DNA of 63,282 bases, counting the filler, from Octopus bimaculoides (Eukaryota): the NCBI RefSeq assembly GCF_001194135.2. It is 4 parts of 4 records of this genome, joined end to end, with 100 filler letters (N's around TTAATTAATTAA, not from the genome) between each part and the next. Parts side by side here need not be neighbours in the genome. Positions count along the whole stretch, not along the records: positions 1 to 18,645 come from NC_068983.1; 3 more parts are not named here. One strand, 5' to 3'. The notes under the pieces are model-generated. The model had not been told where the DNA came from. It ran no database searches and saw nothing but the letters and a program-made list of their open reading frames with translations. Made by a program: the position numbers and the translations under genes. Positions 1-11,686 of this stretch are shown here, one piece after another (the first letter of the stretch is position 1; the number at the start of each line of letters is the position of its first letter).

Positions 1-394
1 TATATATATATATATATATATGTATGTATGAATGTATGTATGTATGTATGTATGTATGTATGTATATATAAAACATATATAAACAAACAACAAAACGTAT
101 ACTGCATGTAAAAGTAAACGTGAGACAAACTGAAGGTCCATAATTTTTTATCAGTTATCGACCAATGGTACTTTTTCATTTTCGCACTTTTAACGATAAG
201 ACTAAATGCTTCCTAATCGACGGTGCCGGGAAAAAAAGTTACATTTATGTATATATAGTTCATAGATGAGTTTCAGGTGTTCTCCATATAGAATACACGT
301 AGTAGTGTTGAAACTATTCAAACTTGACCTGGTATAGGAGCAAATGTGGGCATAAACAAATTAGACAAATCAATTTATCAAGTATATTAAATGC

Positions 395-1135
395 ATGAAA
401 TGCAAAACAATGTTACAGGCAGTGAAAGACTTGGGGATCAATATGTGCAATGACGTATTATTTCATGTTCACATAAGCAAGATGGCAGCAAAGTGCATAC
501 AACTGGTAGGATGGATACTGAGGTCCTTCAAAACAAGAGACCAAGAAAGTATGCTGACCCTGTGGAGAACTTTTTTTTTCTCAGCCGCCAAGACTACTGC
601 TCTCAGTTATGGTCACCACATACAGCCAAACTAACAGCGGAGCTTGAAGCAGTCCAACGCCACTACACTAAACTGATTGAAACAGTGCAGCGGATGAGTT
701 ACAGGGATAGGCTGAGAAAACTATAGCATTACTCCCTGGAGCGAAGGCGTGACAGATACGTAATAATCTACATATGGAAAATCCTAGAAGGGCTAGTACC
801 TAACTTTGTCATTGAGAGTTATACAAATGCCAGAACTGGCCGCCATTGAATTGTTCCAAAGGTACCATCCACTCCATCTAAATTCAGGACCATGTAATGC
901 TATAGTCTAGGGATCAAAGGCCCACAGCTCTTGAATACCCTTCCACAAAAGTTAAGAAATTTGCATAAGGTGGAAGTAGATGCCTTCAAAAAGAAATTAG
1001 AAATCCTCCTCTCCACAATATCGGATGAACGAACAGCCCGACATGAGGTGCAGACGAGGGCAGCGGAATCAGACTCCATTAAACACCAAAGGTACCAACA
1101 GCTGGGGCAAAGGAACATACAGGGGAGGTGATGTG
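395..1135 (+). mobile_element. CR1/L2-group LINE, degenerate 3' part of ORF2
   Basis: Frameshifted or stopped reading VKDLGI..WILRSFKTRD..LWRT/DYCSQLWSPH..LEAVQRHYTKLI..YRDRLRKL*HYSLERRRDRY..IWKILEGLVPN..GPQLLNTLP..FKKKL, typical of the region C-terminal to the RT domain of CR1-like elements. Confidence 0.85.
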
Positions 1136-1152
1136 AAACACCCAGATATTCC

Positions 1153-1457
1153 AAACACAACAGCCGTTTCTGGAGGCTCGGCGATTCATAACATTTGTAG
1201 ATTAATTCTATCAGAGAATGCTGCGGTATGGTTGCGTTTAACTTTGGATGAGAACTGAAAGCATAGAATTTCAAAGTTCCAAACCTCCATCTTTGAATTT
1301 CTCTGTTTTAAGATCTCAAATGTAAGATCTCTTACCTGAAGATGGGAGGCTCGTCTCATCCTTTGTTAAATGCATCCATACGGCCGCATTCTCTGATGGA
1401 ATTAATCTACAAACATTATTATGGATCATCAAGCCTCCAGAAACAGCTGTTGGATTT
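1153..1457. repeat. Imperfect foldback (inverted repeat) carrying hammerhead-like motifs
   Basis: 1153-1257 is an imperfect reverse complement of about 1352-1457; 1281-1296 also mirrors 1336-1351. Confidence 0.85.
1333..1454 (+). ncRNA. Putative type I hammerhead-like ribozyme with enlarged helix II loop (Penelope-like)
   Basis: CTGAAGA 1336-1342; TGGGAGGCT 1343-1351 pairs with AGCCTCCA 1432-1439; GAAAC 1440-1444; AGCT loop; GTT 1449-1451. Helix I is weak in this copy. Confidence 0.5.
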
Positions 1458-1699
1458 GTCATGCCTTTCTTCCACCCCTTCAATATTCTGTATCAGTTGT
1501 ACTCTGTGTGAGTTGGACATTTTTATATATATACATATATTACATACTTTGTATTTCATGTATTTTATATACTTTATCTATTGATCCAGCTAATATGCTC
1601 ATCCTCACAGTTGTTTATATAGATAAATAAATAAATATAAATATATAAATAAAAGATGCATATATGTTTATATATATATGCATACATATACTAATACTG

Positions 1700-1830
1700 A
1701 GTACAAATAACAGAAAATTAAATGGGTGGAAGATAGGTGTTACAAATACAACAGCTGTTTCTGGTCCTAGCTTAACCACATCTGGGTTGTACATTTATCT
1801 AATGTCCTTCCTACTGATAAGATGATTTTT
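1700..1830 (-). mobile_element. Degenerate Penelope-like terminal repeat fragment
   Basis: Minus strand GGACATTAG...CTAGGACCAGAAACAGCTGTTGTA, the same helix III motif as 1440-1451. Confidence 0.35.
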
Positions 1831-2600
1831 TAAAATTTTCACCGCTCGTAAACATCTTTGCTAGTAAATATTGGTGCATTATTGTACTACTATTCTATAA
1901 TTATATATGCATATATATATTTGTGCGTGTTTTCATATATGTATATATAGATATATAGCTATATATATATATATATATATATATNNNNNNNNNNNNNNNN
2001 NNNNNNNNNNNNNNNNNNNNNNNNNNNNNNNNNNNNNNNNNNNNNNNNNNNNNNNNNNNNNNNNNNNNNNNNNNNNNNNNNNNNNNNNNNNNNNNNNNNN
2101 NNNNNNNNNNNNNNNNNNNNNNNNNNNNNNNNNNNNNNNNNNNNNNNNNNNNNNNNNNNNNNNNNNNNNNNNNNNNNNNNNNNNNNNNNNNNNNNNNNNN
2201 NNNNNNNNNNNNNNNNNNNNNNNNNNNNNNNNNNNNNNNNNNNNNNNNNNNNNNNNNNNNNNNNNNNNNNNNNNNNNNNNNNNNNNNNNNNNNNNNNNNN
2301 NNNNNNNNNNNNNNNNNNNNNNNNNNNNNNNNNNNNNNNNNNNNNNNNNNNNNNNNNNNNNNNNNNNNNNNNNNNNNNNNNNNNNNNNNNNNNNNNNNNN
2401 NNNNNNNNNNNNNNNNNNNNNNNNNNNNNNNNNNNNNNNNNNNNNNNNNNNNNNNNNNNNNNNNNNNNNNNNNNNNNNNNNNNNNNNNNNNNNNNNNNNN
2501 NNNNNNNNNNNNNNNNNNNNNNNNNNNNNNNNNNNNNNNNNNNNNNNNNNNNNNNNNNNNNNNNNNNNNNNNNNNNNNNNNNNCATGTGCGTCTGTAAGA

Positions 2601-2644
<44 letters not shown>

Positions 2645-3093
2645 GAAGAGCCTATGTGTTCGTGTATGTGAGTGTGTGTAGGGAGATTGATATAGATCAT
2701 ATTATATTCACGAGATGCAAATCAAAATACACCTCACTCTACATAGAATCTTATATAATGTACAAAGAACCCGACATTGAAATAGTTTTATTACGTGATG
2801 TCAAGCAATATGAAGACATTGACATATAACAACAATTTAACTTAGGAAAAAATCTTGAATTTAATTATATTTTTTCTCTAAACCTCAGTTCTTTGAGTTT
2901 TGAATATACGAATGATATCGAATACTGTTTTGCTTTACTTTTGAAGCACCGGGTAAATCTGGGATACTTGCGTAATTTCACCAGCAAGGAAGATAAACTG
3001 TGAGGTTATTGTTTTATTCCCTTAGTTTCGAAGATGAGTTGCCCCCTATTCGAAAGTAAATATTCAGCAAGTATCGATTTATGGATGCTAATG

Positions 3094-3831
3094 CAGTTTC
3101 GCACCTGTCCTTGAAAAATGCATTTTTTTGAAAAACATTTTTCGGATTCTTACGTTTTAGATGTCGGAGATGATAAACATGTGAAAAAAAGAAAATTTTA
3201 ACTCCACCCCACTTAAACGTTTGAACTTTTTCTATTTTTTTTCCCCCTGCGACGGAGATTCCGAATATACAAGAAACTACGTTTTCGAAATTTTAAATTC
3301 AATAAGCATATAGATATGTGTATAAAGAGATAAATAAATATGAAAGTCTTCCTCAGGCTAAAAACAACAGTAATACCGTCCTCCATAGGACCACTACATT
3401 TAGTTGACGCATATATTTTATGAATAAACGGACAGGGATAAATAGACAGACAGATAAATAAATGAATGAATAAATGGATGAAAATTTTCAACATTTAAAA
3501 TTAGGAGAGAGTGTAATTTTAGCCCCTTATTAAACATGAATGTTTGCTTCTCATAAAACGGTATATATTTAATTTTCATTGAATTCTTATTTACACAAGT
3601 AAAACGCAAATTCTTTTCACTTTAATGTTTTTGTCTGTATTTAATTTCGATTTGCATATGTTCGTCAATTCGCTACGATCTCTTTGAAGTAAACAAAATC
3701 AAAAATTTAAAAGGGTGGGTGAAATAAAAAAAAAAAACTTTTGCATATTCGTAATCTCCGACATCTAAAACGTAGGAATCCAAAAAGATTTTTTCAAAGA
3801 AATTCATTTTTCAGGGAGAAGTGCGAAACTG
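3094..3831. mobile_element. Non-autonomous Tc1/mariner-type element with long imperfect TIRs
   Basis: Left end CAGTTTCGCACCTGTCCTTGAAAAATG..TACGTTTTAGATGTCGGAGAT matches the reverse complement of the right end over about 110 bp; ends CAGT..ACTG; TA on the right, TG on the left; no ORF. Confidence 0.8.
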
Positions 3832-4620
3832 TACTAGCCCCGCTTTATGAATATAAATTGTAAACACAGAATCAACTGTAAAATGTTGCTAACTCCTCAA
3901 ACATTAAGGTTATCAATCGATATATATATATAACAAGCCGTGAAAAATGACATTTCCAGTTATATTTAAACCNNNNNNNNNNNNNNNNNNNNNNNNNNNN
4001 NNNNNNNNNNNNNNNNNNNNNNNNNNNNNNNNNNNNNNNNNNNNNNNNNNNNNNNNNNNNNNNNNNNNNNNNNNNNNNNNNNNNNNNNNNNNNNNNNNNN
4101 NNNNNNNNNNNNNNNNNNNNNNNNNNNNNNNNNNNNNNNNNNNNNNNNNNNNNNNNNNNNNNNNNNNNNNNNNNNNNNNNNNNNNNNNNNNNNNNNNNNN
4201 NNNNNNNNNNNNNNNNNNNNNNNNNNNNNNNNNNNNNNNNNNNNNNNNNNNNNNNNNNNNNNNNNNNNNNNNNNNNNNNNNNNNNNNNNNNNNNNNNNNN
4301 NNNNNNNNNNNNNNNNNNNNNNNNNNNNNNNNNNNNNNNNNNNNNNNNNNNNNNNNNNNNNNNNNNNNNNNNNNNNNNNNNNNNNNNNNNNNNNNNNNNN
4401 NNNNNNNNNNNNNNNNNNNNNNNNNNNNNNNNNNNNNNNNNNNNNNNNNNNNNNNNNNNNNNNNNNNNNNNNNNNNNNNNNNNNNNNNNNNNNNNNNNNN
4501 NNNNNNNNNNNNNNNNNNNNNNNNNNNNNNNNNNNNNNNNNNNNNNNNNNNNNNNNNNNNNNNNNNNNNNNNNNNNNNNNNNNNNNNNNNNNNNNNNNNN
4601 NNNNNNNNNNNNNNNNNNNN

Positions 4621-4663
<43 letters not shown>

Positions 4664-5490
4664 AACGTGTAACACACACCTGCACGCATGATAGTTTATG
4701 TTTTTTTGTTATTACTTCATAACACTACTCTTCAATGTTCGTTACATCTGGAGGATTAACGACTTGTCAGAAGAAATAAATCACCTGGTATTGTCAAGAC
4801 ATTAGTTCAATATTGTAGGTTTGTCAGTACATATCACATCATACTTGGTAGATTCATTTTAAATTGTTTTTTATTTCATTGACTGATTGATTCATCTATC
4901 TACTTCAGTTTCTGCTTATTTTTTTCTCGTGTGTGTACAAGTGTATGTGTATATGTGTGTGTGCGTTTGTTTCTTTAGTGTATTGGTTCGTTATAATGAC
5001 AATTTGGCTTCATTAGATAAATATGTGTTTGGAAGTTTAAAAAAAACACTCGATAGACATTCATATATATAACTACGTATGTAAATATATGTCATACATT
5101 TTTGTCATATTTTCTGTTCTCGAAACAAATAACATAATTCCTCAAAGGAAATCATATTAACAAACCTACTATTTCTTCTTATTATTTTTGCTTATTTTAG
5201 TTTTTAAATTCAATGAAAATTTCTTTCATCCTTGCATTTTTATTTTTTTCCAATATTAGGTTTTAACTGTGGTAGCCATATTTTGTTATAATTTGCCAAA
5301 ACATAATTTTATATTTTCGTATCAGATACAAAGATTTTAACGCACGACAGAATTAAATTGATCAAGTTATGAATATATTGCTTATTGTTTTAGCTGTTCT
5401 TGAAGTTATGGCTCTATTTAGACCTTTCACCCTTCATGAATCAGAGGTCTTGTGGCCATTAAATTTGTTATCGTTATTATTATTATTATT

Positions 5491-5879
5491 TTATGTTTGA
5501 CTTTTGTTTTGCATTTGTACAATTTGGATCCAAGTCTCACCCAGAGACCTCAAGAGACAGCAAGTTAGAAGTTCATGTAGGTGTTATGCCTAGGGTACCA
5601 TATATTTGGATTCGTACATAGTGTTGTTCTAGAGAATGTTTAAGAAACCATAACAAAATTATAAGTTTGTTTAAAAATTTGAGATCACATAGACAGTATT
5701 TTACGTAGGATATGGGCAGTTCCCATGAGCACTATCTTTTGAACTTCAGCCATTTTGGGGTTTCCTGGTATCTGAGCTAGGTAGTAATCAGCCCGTTTCG
5801 CTGTCATTCCCAAGGCACCTATGACAACAGGTATTGTTTTAGTCTCCAGGTTCCACATTTTGCTAATTTCTATTTCTAT
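5491..5879 (-). mobile_element. 5'-truncated R4/Dong-type LINE (restriction-like endonuclease C-terminus and 3' UTR)
   Basis: EIEISKMWNLETKTIPVVIGALG..VQKIVLMGTAHILRKILSM*, then a 3' UTR and an (AAT)n tail; (ATT)n runs on both flanks. Confidence 0.85.
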
Positions 5880-5907
5880 TATTATTATTATTATTATTAT
5901 TACAACG

Positions 5908-6140
5908 AAGGCGGTGAATTGGCTCAATCGATAACACAGCAGGAAAAATGCTTTGCGGTATTTCGTCCGTCCTCATACTCTGAGCTCGAATTCCGCAGAG
6001 GTTGATTTTACCTTTCATCCTTTCGGGGTCGATAAATTAAGTACCAGATAAGTACTGGAGTCGATGCAATCGATTATCCCCCCTCCCACAAAATTTCAGG
6101 CCTTCTTCCTGTAGTAGAAATGATACTTAATATTATTATT
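5908..6140 (+). mobile_element. tRNA-derived SINE family A, full length
   Basis: GGCGGTGA..AATCG head, CCTTTCATCCTTTCGGGGTCGATAAATTAAGTACCAG body, ATT tail; related copies across the window. Confidence 0.85.
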
Positions 6141-6156
6141 GGAAGGGCGTCTTAAT

Positions 6157-6345
6157 GCGGTGAGCTGACAGAATCATTACCGCACCAGGGCTTGATGGTA
6201 TTTCGTCCGTCTTTTCGCTCTGAGCTCAAATTCAACCAGAGTCGACTTTTCCTTTCGTCATTTCGAAATCGATAAAATAAGTGCCACTTGACTACAAGGG
6301 CGATGTATGGACCATCTGCCGAATTGTTCGATTTAGTTGACATAG
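6157..6345 (+). mobile_element. SINE family A copy
   Basis: GCGGTGAGCTGACAGAATC..GTCGACTTTTCCTTTCGTC..CGATAAAATAAGTGCCA. Confidence 0.75.
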
Positions 6346-6444
6346 ATATATATTTGATCGGCCTCACAGGGTACGATTTAATCACTGAAATTCTCCTCAA
6401 TAGTCTTATATCATCATTATAATTATGTCCATTACTAATAGGAC

Positions 6445-6640
6445 GAAATGACAGAATCGTTACGGCATCGAACATATGGCTTGCCGGCATTTCTTCAGGT
6501 TCCTTACGATGTGAATTCAAAATCTGCTAAGGTCACTCAGCCTTTCAAGCTCGATACAATAAAGTACTTGTCATATACTGGTGTTAATGTAATCGACTTC
6601 TTCTTCCTTCGCTCAAAATTACTGACATTTTGCCAAAACT
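6445..6640 (+). mobile_element. SINE family A copy, old
   Basis: TGACAGAATCGTTA..GAATTCAAAATCTGC..CAGCCTTTCA..GATACAATAAAGTAC. Confidence 0.6.
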
Positions 6641-6894
6641 AGAAGCAGTTATCCTTCGTTGATTTCCGTTTTATATCTTGTAATGCCAAGTCAAAACTTT
6701 GGGCCTGAAGCGTTGCAGTAGTTATCACCTGATCGACACTCCTCTCCATTATAAGTATATATAGTTGGGTGTAGTGCGATCCTACTGAATAATAGCAACT
6801 GTTGTTTTTATTGCTCAGTAGTCAACAACAACGACAGCAACATCAACAACGATAAAAGCCCTGATGCTGTATCAGCGGTGGCTCTTATTGCTTC

Positions 6895-7406
6895 TAATCT
6901 TAACTGACTGAAAGTGTTATCATGTACATGTTTTGTCTTGGTATAAAAAAATGGGTTAGAGCAAATATTCTGCTCAATACCACAGATTTGCTTCTCAGTT
7001 GTTTGAGCTTAACCAGTTGAGCATGTCCCTTAGTGGCTGGCGATATGTGCATCTCTGATCATGAGCAGGAATAGTGGGGGTGGAGCTCATAGCCATGTGT
7101 TGAGCGGAATTCTTTGGGGTTTGAATAATTCACCTCTGGAGACATAATTGTTTCCTTCAACATCATTAAAAAAATCTTATTCAGGGGCTTTCTGAGCAAG
7201 GTACGCTACTCGACCTGAAGAAAATTCTAACTGTCACCTACCTGAAAGGTCATGGACTGTTTATCTTGATATAAGATCACCTTGTCGCGCACATATGGCT
7301 TTGATGCATGTGCTTTATACACTCTTATCAGACTTGTAGTCATACTGGGCTTCGTATATTTTTGTACCCTAGTGTCACTTGGATGGCATGCGCAACTCTC
7401 TCACTA
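6895..7406 (+). mobile_element. Unclassified retroposon 3' end with (TAA)n tail
   Basis: Non-coding mixed-composition block ending GCATGCGCAACTCTCTCACT directly in (AAT)n; family assignment is by recollection only. Confidence 0.4.
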
Positions 7407-7515
7407 TTAATAATAATAATAATAATAATAATGATAATAATAATCATAATAATTATAATAATAATAGAAGAAGCAGATGATGATGATGATGATGATGAAA
7501 ACGACGATGATGATG
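7407..7515. repeat. (AAT)n/(GAT)n microsatellite
   Basis: Direct reading. Confidence 0.95.
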
Positions 7516-7652
7516 AATGAAATGAAATGAATTAAAACATTGCGTGTGTTTCTTAATGGCAATGGGAAAACTGGCTCTTTAAGAATCACAGGTGTTTCAA
7601 TACACATTTCCACCTCAACATTCTTAGAAAACAAATGCCAAATTGAAGTCTT

Positions 7653-7715
<63 letters not shown>

Positions 7716-9162
7716 CATACACACATACATATATGTACATACACGCACACATCCCTCCACAGACACCCCCACACGCACACACACACACACGTGTATGTAT
7801 GTATGTATGTATGTATATATTTTATATATGTAGGTATACATGCAAAATTAATTACACAGCGCTCAAACATTTTGTTTTGAAAGGTCAAATATGACAAACC
7901 AAGTTTATTTGAGTATGGAATAAATTGCGCAACTATGTTTTAATATAGAAATATTGTAACTGATAAATTCCAAATTATAATATTCTTCGTAAAGACTCTT
8001 GATTTTGTTAGTTTTCCGTGACCTCCACAGCCGATATTTTGTAAAATCATGCCTAACTTCAGATCAATTAAATATCGAGGCACATGCCACCAAATCATTT
8101 GTTCGTTTTTCCTTAAACGTTTGGTATTTTTAATTTGAATCCTCATTCCTTATTAACGCATATTTAATTGCTTTCTTTTTTATAGCTGTGCCAAGATGGC
8201 CAGTGTAACATAACTAACTTTAATTGATTCTCATTTTAATTTTCCTACTGTCATTCACTCACTCTCTATTTGTTGTTTGACAGCTTCACGCATTCAAAAT
8301 GTCGTAATATGACTTAAGCAGCAAACTAAGAAAAGTGACACGACGTAACTTTTTATATACAGATATCTTTTCACTGTTATTCATAAAGACGAAAATAAAG
8401 AGCTATATATTTTATTTCATAACAAAGTTGTGAACAACAGCGTCGTGGCTTACAGGTAGCTAACCACTAGTGCATATAATGCGCATAAATTTCCGCAGAA
8501 GAAATATTTGATAAATTTCATTTGTTAATTACTGGCTTCAATTTTTGCCGATGTTTAGATCCTAAACCAAAACACTTCAATGTAAAATACACGTATTCAT
8601 AAAAGCACAAAAACATGTACACGTATACATACTCCCACACGTATACATGCACTCATATACACATCGGGGGTCTTCCGTTAGCTAAATTTTAGCCACAAAT
8701 ATACTGGTTAGTTCTGGGTTATAAGAGTAGATAATTACCCAAATACTTGTTTCAACAAGCTCTGTATAAATTCCTCCGATGTCAGTCTTGCTTTTTATCA
8801 TATGGAATATATTCATATCATGGCCAGAAAATTCGTAGCAACAATTTTGCCGTGGGAAAATTTGGTAATCGTACGCCGCAGTCCATCCTTGATTGAGGCG
8901 GTCTAATAAGGCTGGAACATGCATGGATTTTGACCCTGCAGTTGCCAAAGTGACAGAACTATTATTAACAATTTACTTTATATACTTCTTTTATTTGTGC
9001 ATTAACACTTCCTAGAAGGTTTTTGATAAATAAGTCCATTCCTACTTAACTGTCACCATTCATGCAGAATGCATCCCCGAGTAATTGACCATACATTTTT
9101 TCAAAATATACTTTTTGCATATTAACATATAACTGTAGTATGTCATACATTANNNNNNNNNN

Positions 9163-9415
9163 GAAATTAACATGCAAGTGGCTAAGCACTCCACAGACAC
9201 GTGTACTCTTAAAGTAGTTCTCAGAAAGATTCAGTGTGACACAGAGTGTGACAAGGCTGGACCTTTGAAATACAGGTACTATTCATTTTTTCCAACTGAA
9301 TGGACTGGAGCAACGTGAAATAAAGTGTCTTTCTTAAGGACACAGTAGGTCGCCGGGAATTGAACTCACGACCATACAATCGTGAGCCGAATGCCCTAAC
9401 CACTAAGCCTTCACG
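9163..9415 (-). mobile_element. tRNA-derived SINE family D
   Basis: Minus-strand head TTAGTGGTTAGGGCATTCGGCTCACGA..GAGTTCAATTCCCGG; body CTCCAGTCCA..GAGTGCTTAGCCACTTGCATGTTAATTTC. Confidence 0.85.
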
Positions 9416-9514
9416 CTTACCTACCTACCTACCTACCTACCTACCTACCTACTTACTTACTTACTTACTTTCCTACCTACCTGTCTACCTACCAACCTAC
9501 CTACCAACCTACCG

Positions 9515-9577
<63 letters not shown>

Positions 9578-9660
9578 AATCTATCTATCTATCTATCTAT
9601 CTATCTATATATCTATCTATCTATCTATCTGTTTGTCAGCCTGTCTGTCTATCTATCTAT
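9416..9660. repeat. (CCTA)n/(CTTA)n/(TCTA)n compound tetranucleotide repeat
   Basis: Direct reading; begins at the 5' end of the SINE. Confidence 0.95.
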
Positions 9661-10157
9661 TTTTCTCCCTCTTTCTCTGTCACTCTTCGGTATGTAGAAA
9701 CTCGATACGGACCGAGCGGATTGCAGGAGAAATCTTCAGAAGAAATCCCGTCAAACAAGTTTTTAGGCCCTTTCGCGCCTGACACGCGAAAAGATTCGGG
9801 CCCAGCTAGATAGTGACTCCTAGATATCATTTTCCTATTATTTAAATGCTACCTGTAGTGGAGATTGAATTCGGAACATTTGGGTAATAAGGCCGCCACA
9901 CAAACTTACAAACTTTCAAACTGGGTTTCCCTCCCGTAAGTTTTAATGCCCTGTTGCATTTCTTTTCAATTCCATCTATCATTTTTTGTCGCTCATAACC
10001 ACATTGAGCTCTTCTCAACTGTCTCTGATAAATGTTTCATCATCATAATTTTCTTGTGACCCTTCATTCCAAGGTGACCTAGTAGCTGGCACAAGGACGC
10101 CGCAACAAATCCTCGTCTACCGACTACCACTGCTTATTCTACGTAACGGTGAACATG

Positions 10158-10204
<47 letters not shown>

Positions 10205-10499
10205 GTGCGGCTGTACGTGAGTGTGTATATCTATTCACGGTCTTCTCGGTCTGTAATATGATACCATATGCCATTTTATCATATAATACGCTATCCAAAT
10301 TTCCTATATTATTATTTCTCTCACGGTCTATTTCAATACTCCCTGATATGCTACAAGACTACTATAAATGATAATGTTTTACACGAGTACCATTGTCAGA
10401 AACTGCAAAACTGAAGCGATATCTATTTTCTTTTATTATATTCGAAGAGACAACTACTAACGATGAATTATTCATGATAAATGTCACTCCCAATTTCAT

Positions 10500-10532
<33 letters not shown>

Positions 10533-11043
10533 ATATATGTATATATATGTATATGTCTGTGTCTGTGTGTATATTCGTGCATGCACACGTACTCATACAT
10601 GAATGAATGAAGCTATCTCAACGACTATCATTTTTTTTCTCTGTCAGTCAACTGTATAGGATGATAGGACTGAAATTAGCAAAGCTACACTGTGTCCTTC
10701 TTGTTCGTTAGTTCATTAAAGAAGGCGGATGCAGACGATTCGGTTTAAACAGTTCCATGCGCCGCTGCTAAGGAAACAATGACATCAGTTTGATTACATT
10801 AGCATAAGCCTGCAACTATTTGTTGACATTATGAACGCTACATCATTCTTAATATGTGTCTGTATACACACTCACACACACTCACACGCAGACACACACA
10901 CATCTGTGTATATATATATATATAAACAAATAGTAAATGAGTATATGCATATATACGTACAGGTATGTGCATACCGACATCCACCTGTATGTATAGGTGC
11001 ATATCTGGGTACAGGACATTGCAAACAAAACAGAGACGAGAAA

Positions 11044-11074
<31 letters not shown>

Positions 11075-11606
11075 CATATATATATNNNNNNNNNNNNNNN
11101 NNNNNNNNNNNNNNNNNNNNNNNNNNNNNNNNNNNNNNNNNNNNNNNNNNNNNNNNNNNNNNNNNNNNNNNNNNNNNNNNNNNNNNNNNNNNNNNNNNNN
11201 NNNNNNNNNNNNNNNNNNNNNNNNNNNNNNNNNNNNNNNNNNNNNNNNNNNNNNNNNNNNNNNNNNNNNNNNNNNNNNNNNNNNNNNNNNNNNNNNNNNN
11301 NNNNNNNNNNNNNNNNNNNNNNNNNNNNNNNNNNNNNNNNNNNNNNNNNNNNNNNNNNNNNNNNNNNNNNNNNNNNNNNNNNNNNNNNNNNNNNNNNNNN
11401 NNNNNNNNNNNNNNNNNNNNNNNNNNNNNNNNNNNNNNNNNNNNNNNNNNNNNNNNNNNNNNNNNNNNNNNNNNNNNNNNNNNNNNNNNNNNNNNNNNNN
11501 NNNNNNNNNNTTTTTTTTTGTGAATTCATTCATAATGAATCCCTGAAAGGGACGAATATACTAAACAAATAATTTTTATCCATATCCTGAATTCCTCCTT
11601 TCTCTG

Positions 11607-11655
<49 letters not shown>

Positions 11656-11686
11656 ACGCGCGCGCGCACACACATACACACACACA

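Noticed and set aside
10362-10430. SH2-like peptide FSFAVSDNGTRVKHYHL on the minus strand
   Set aside because: Too short, followed directly by TAG TAG, and no further SH2 motifs nearby
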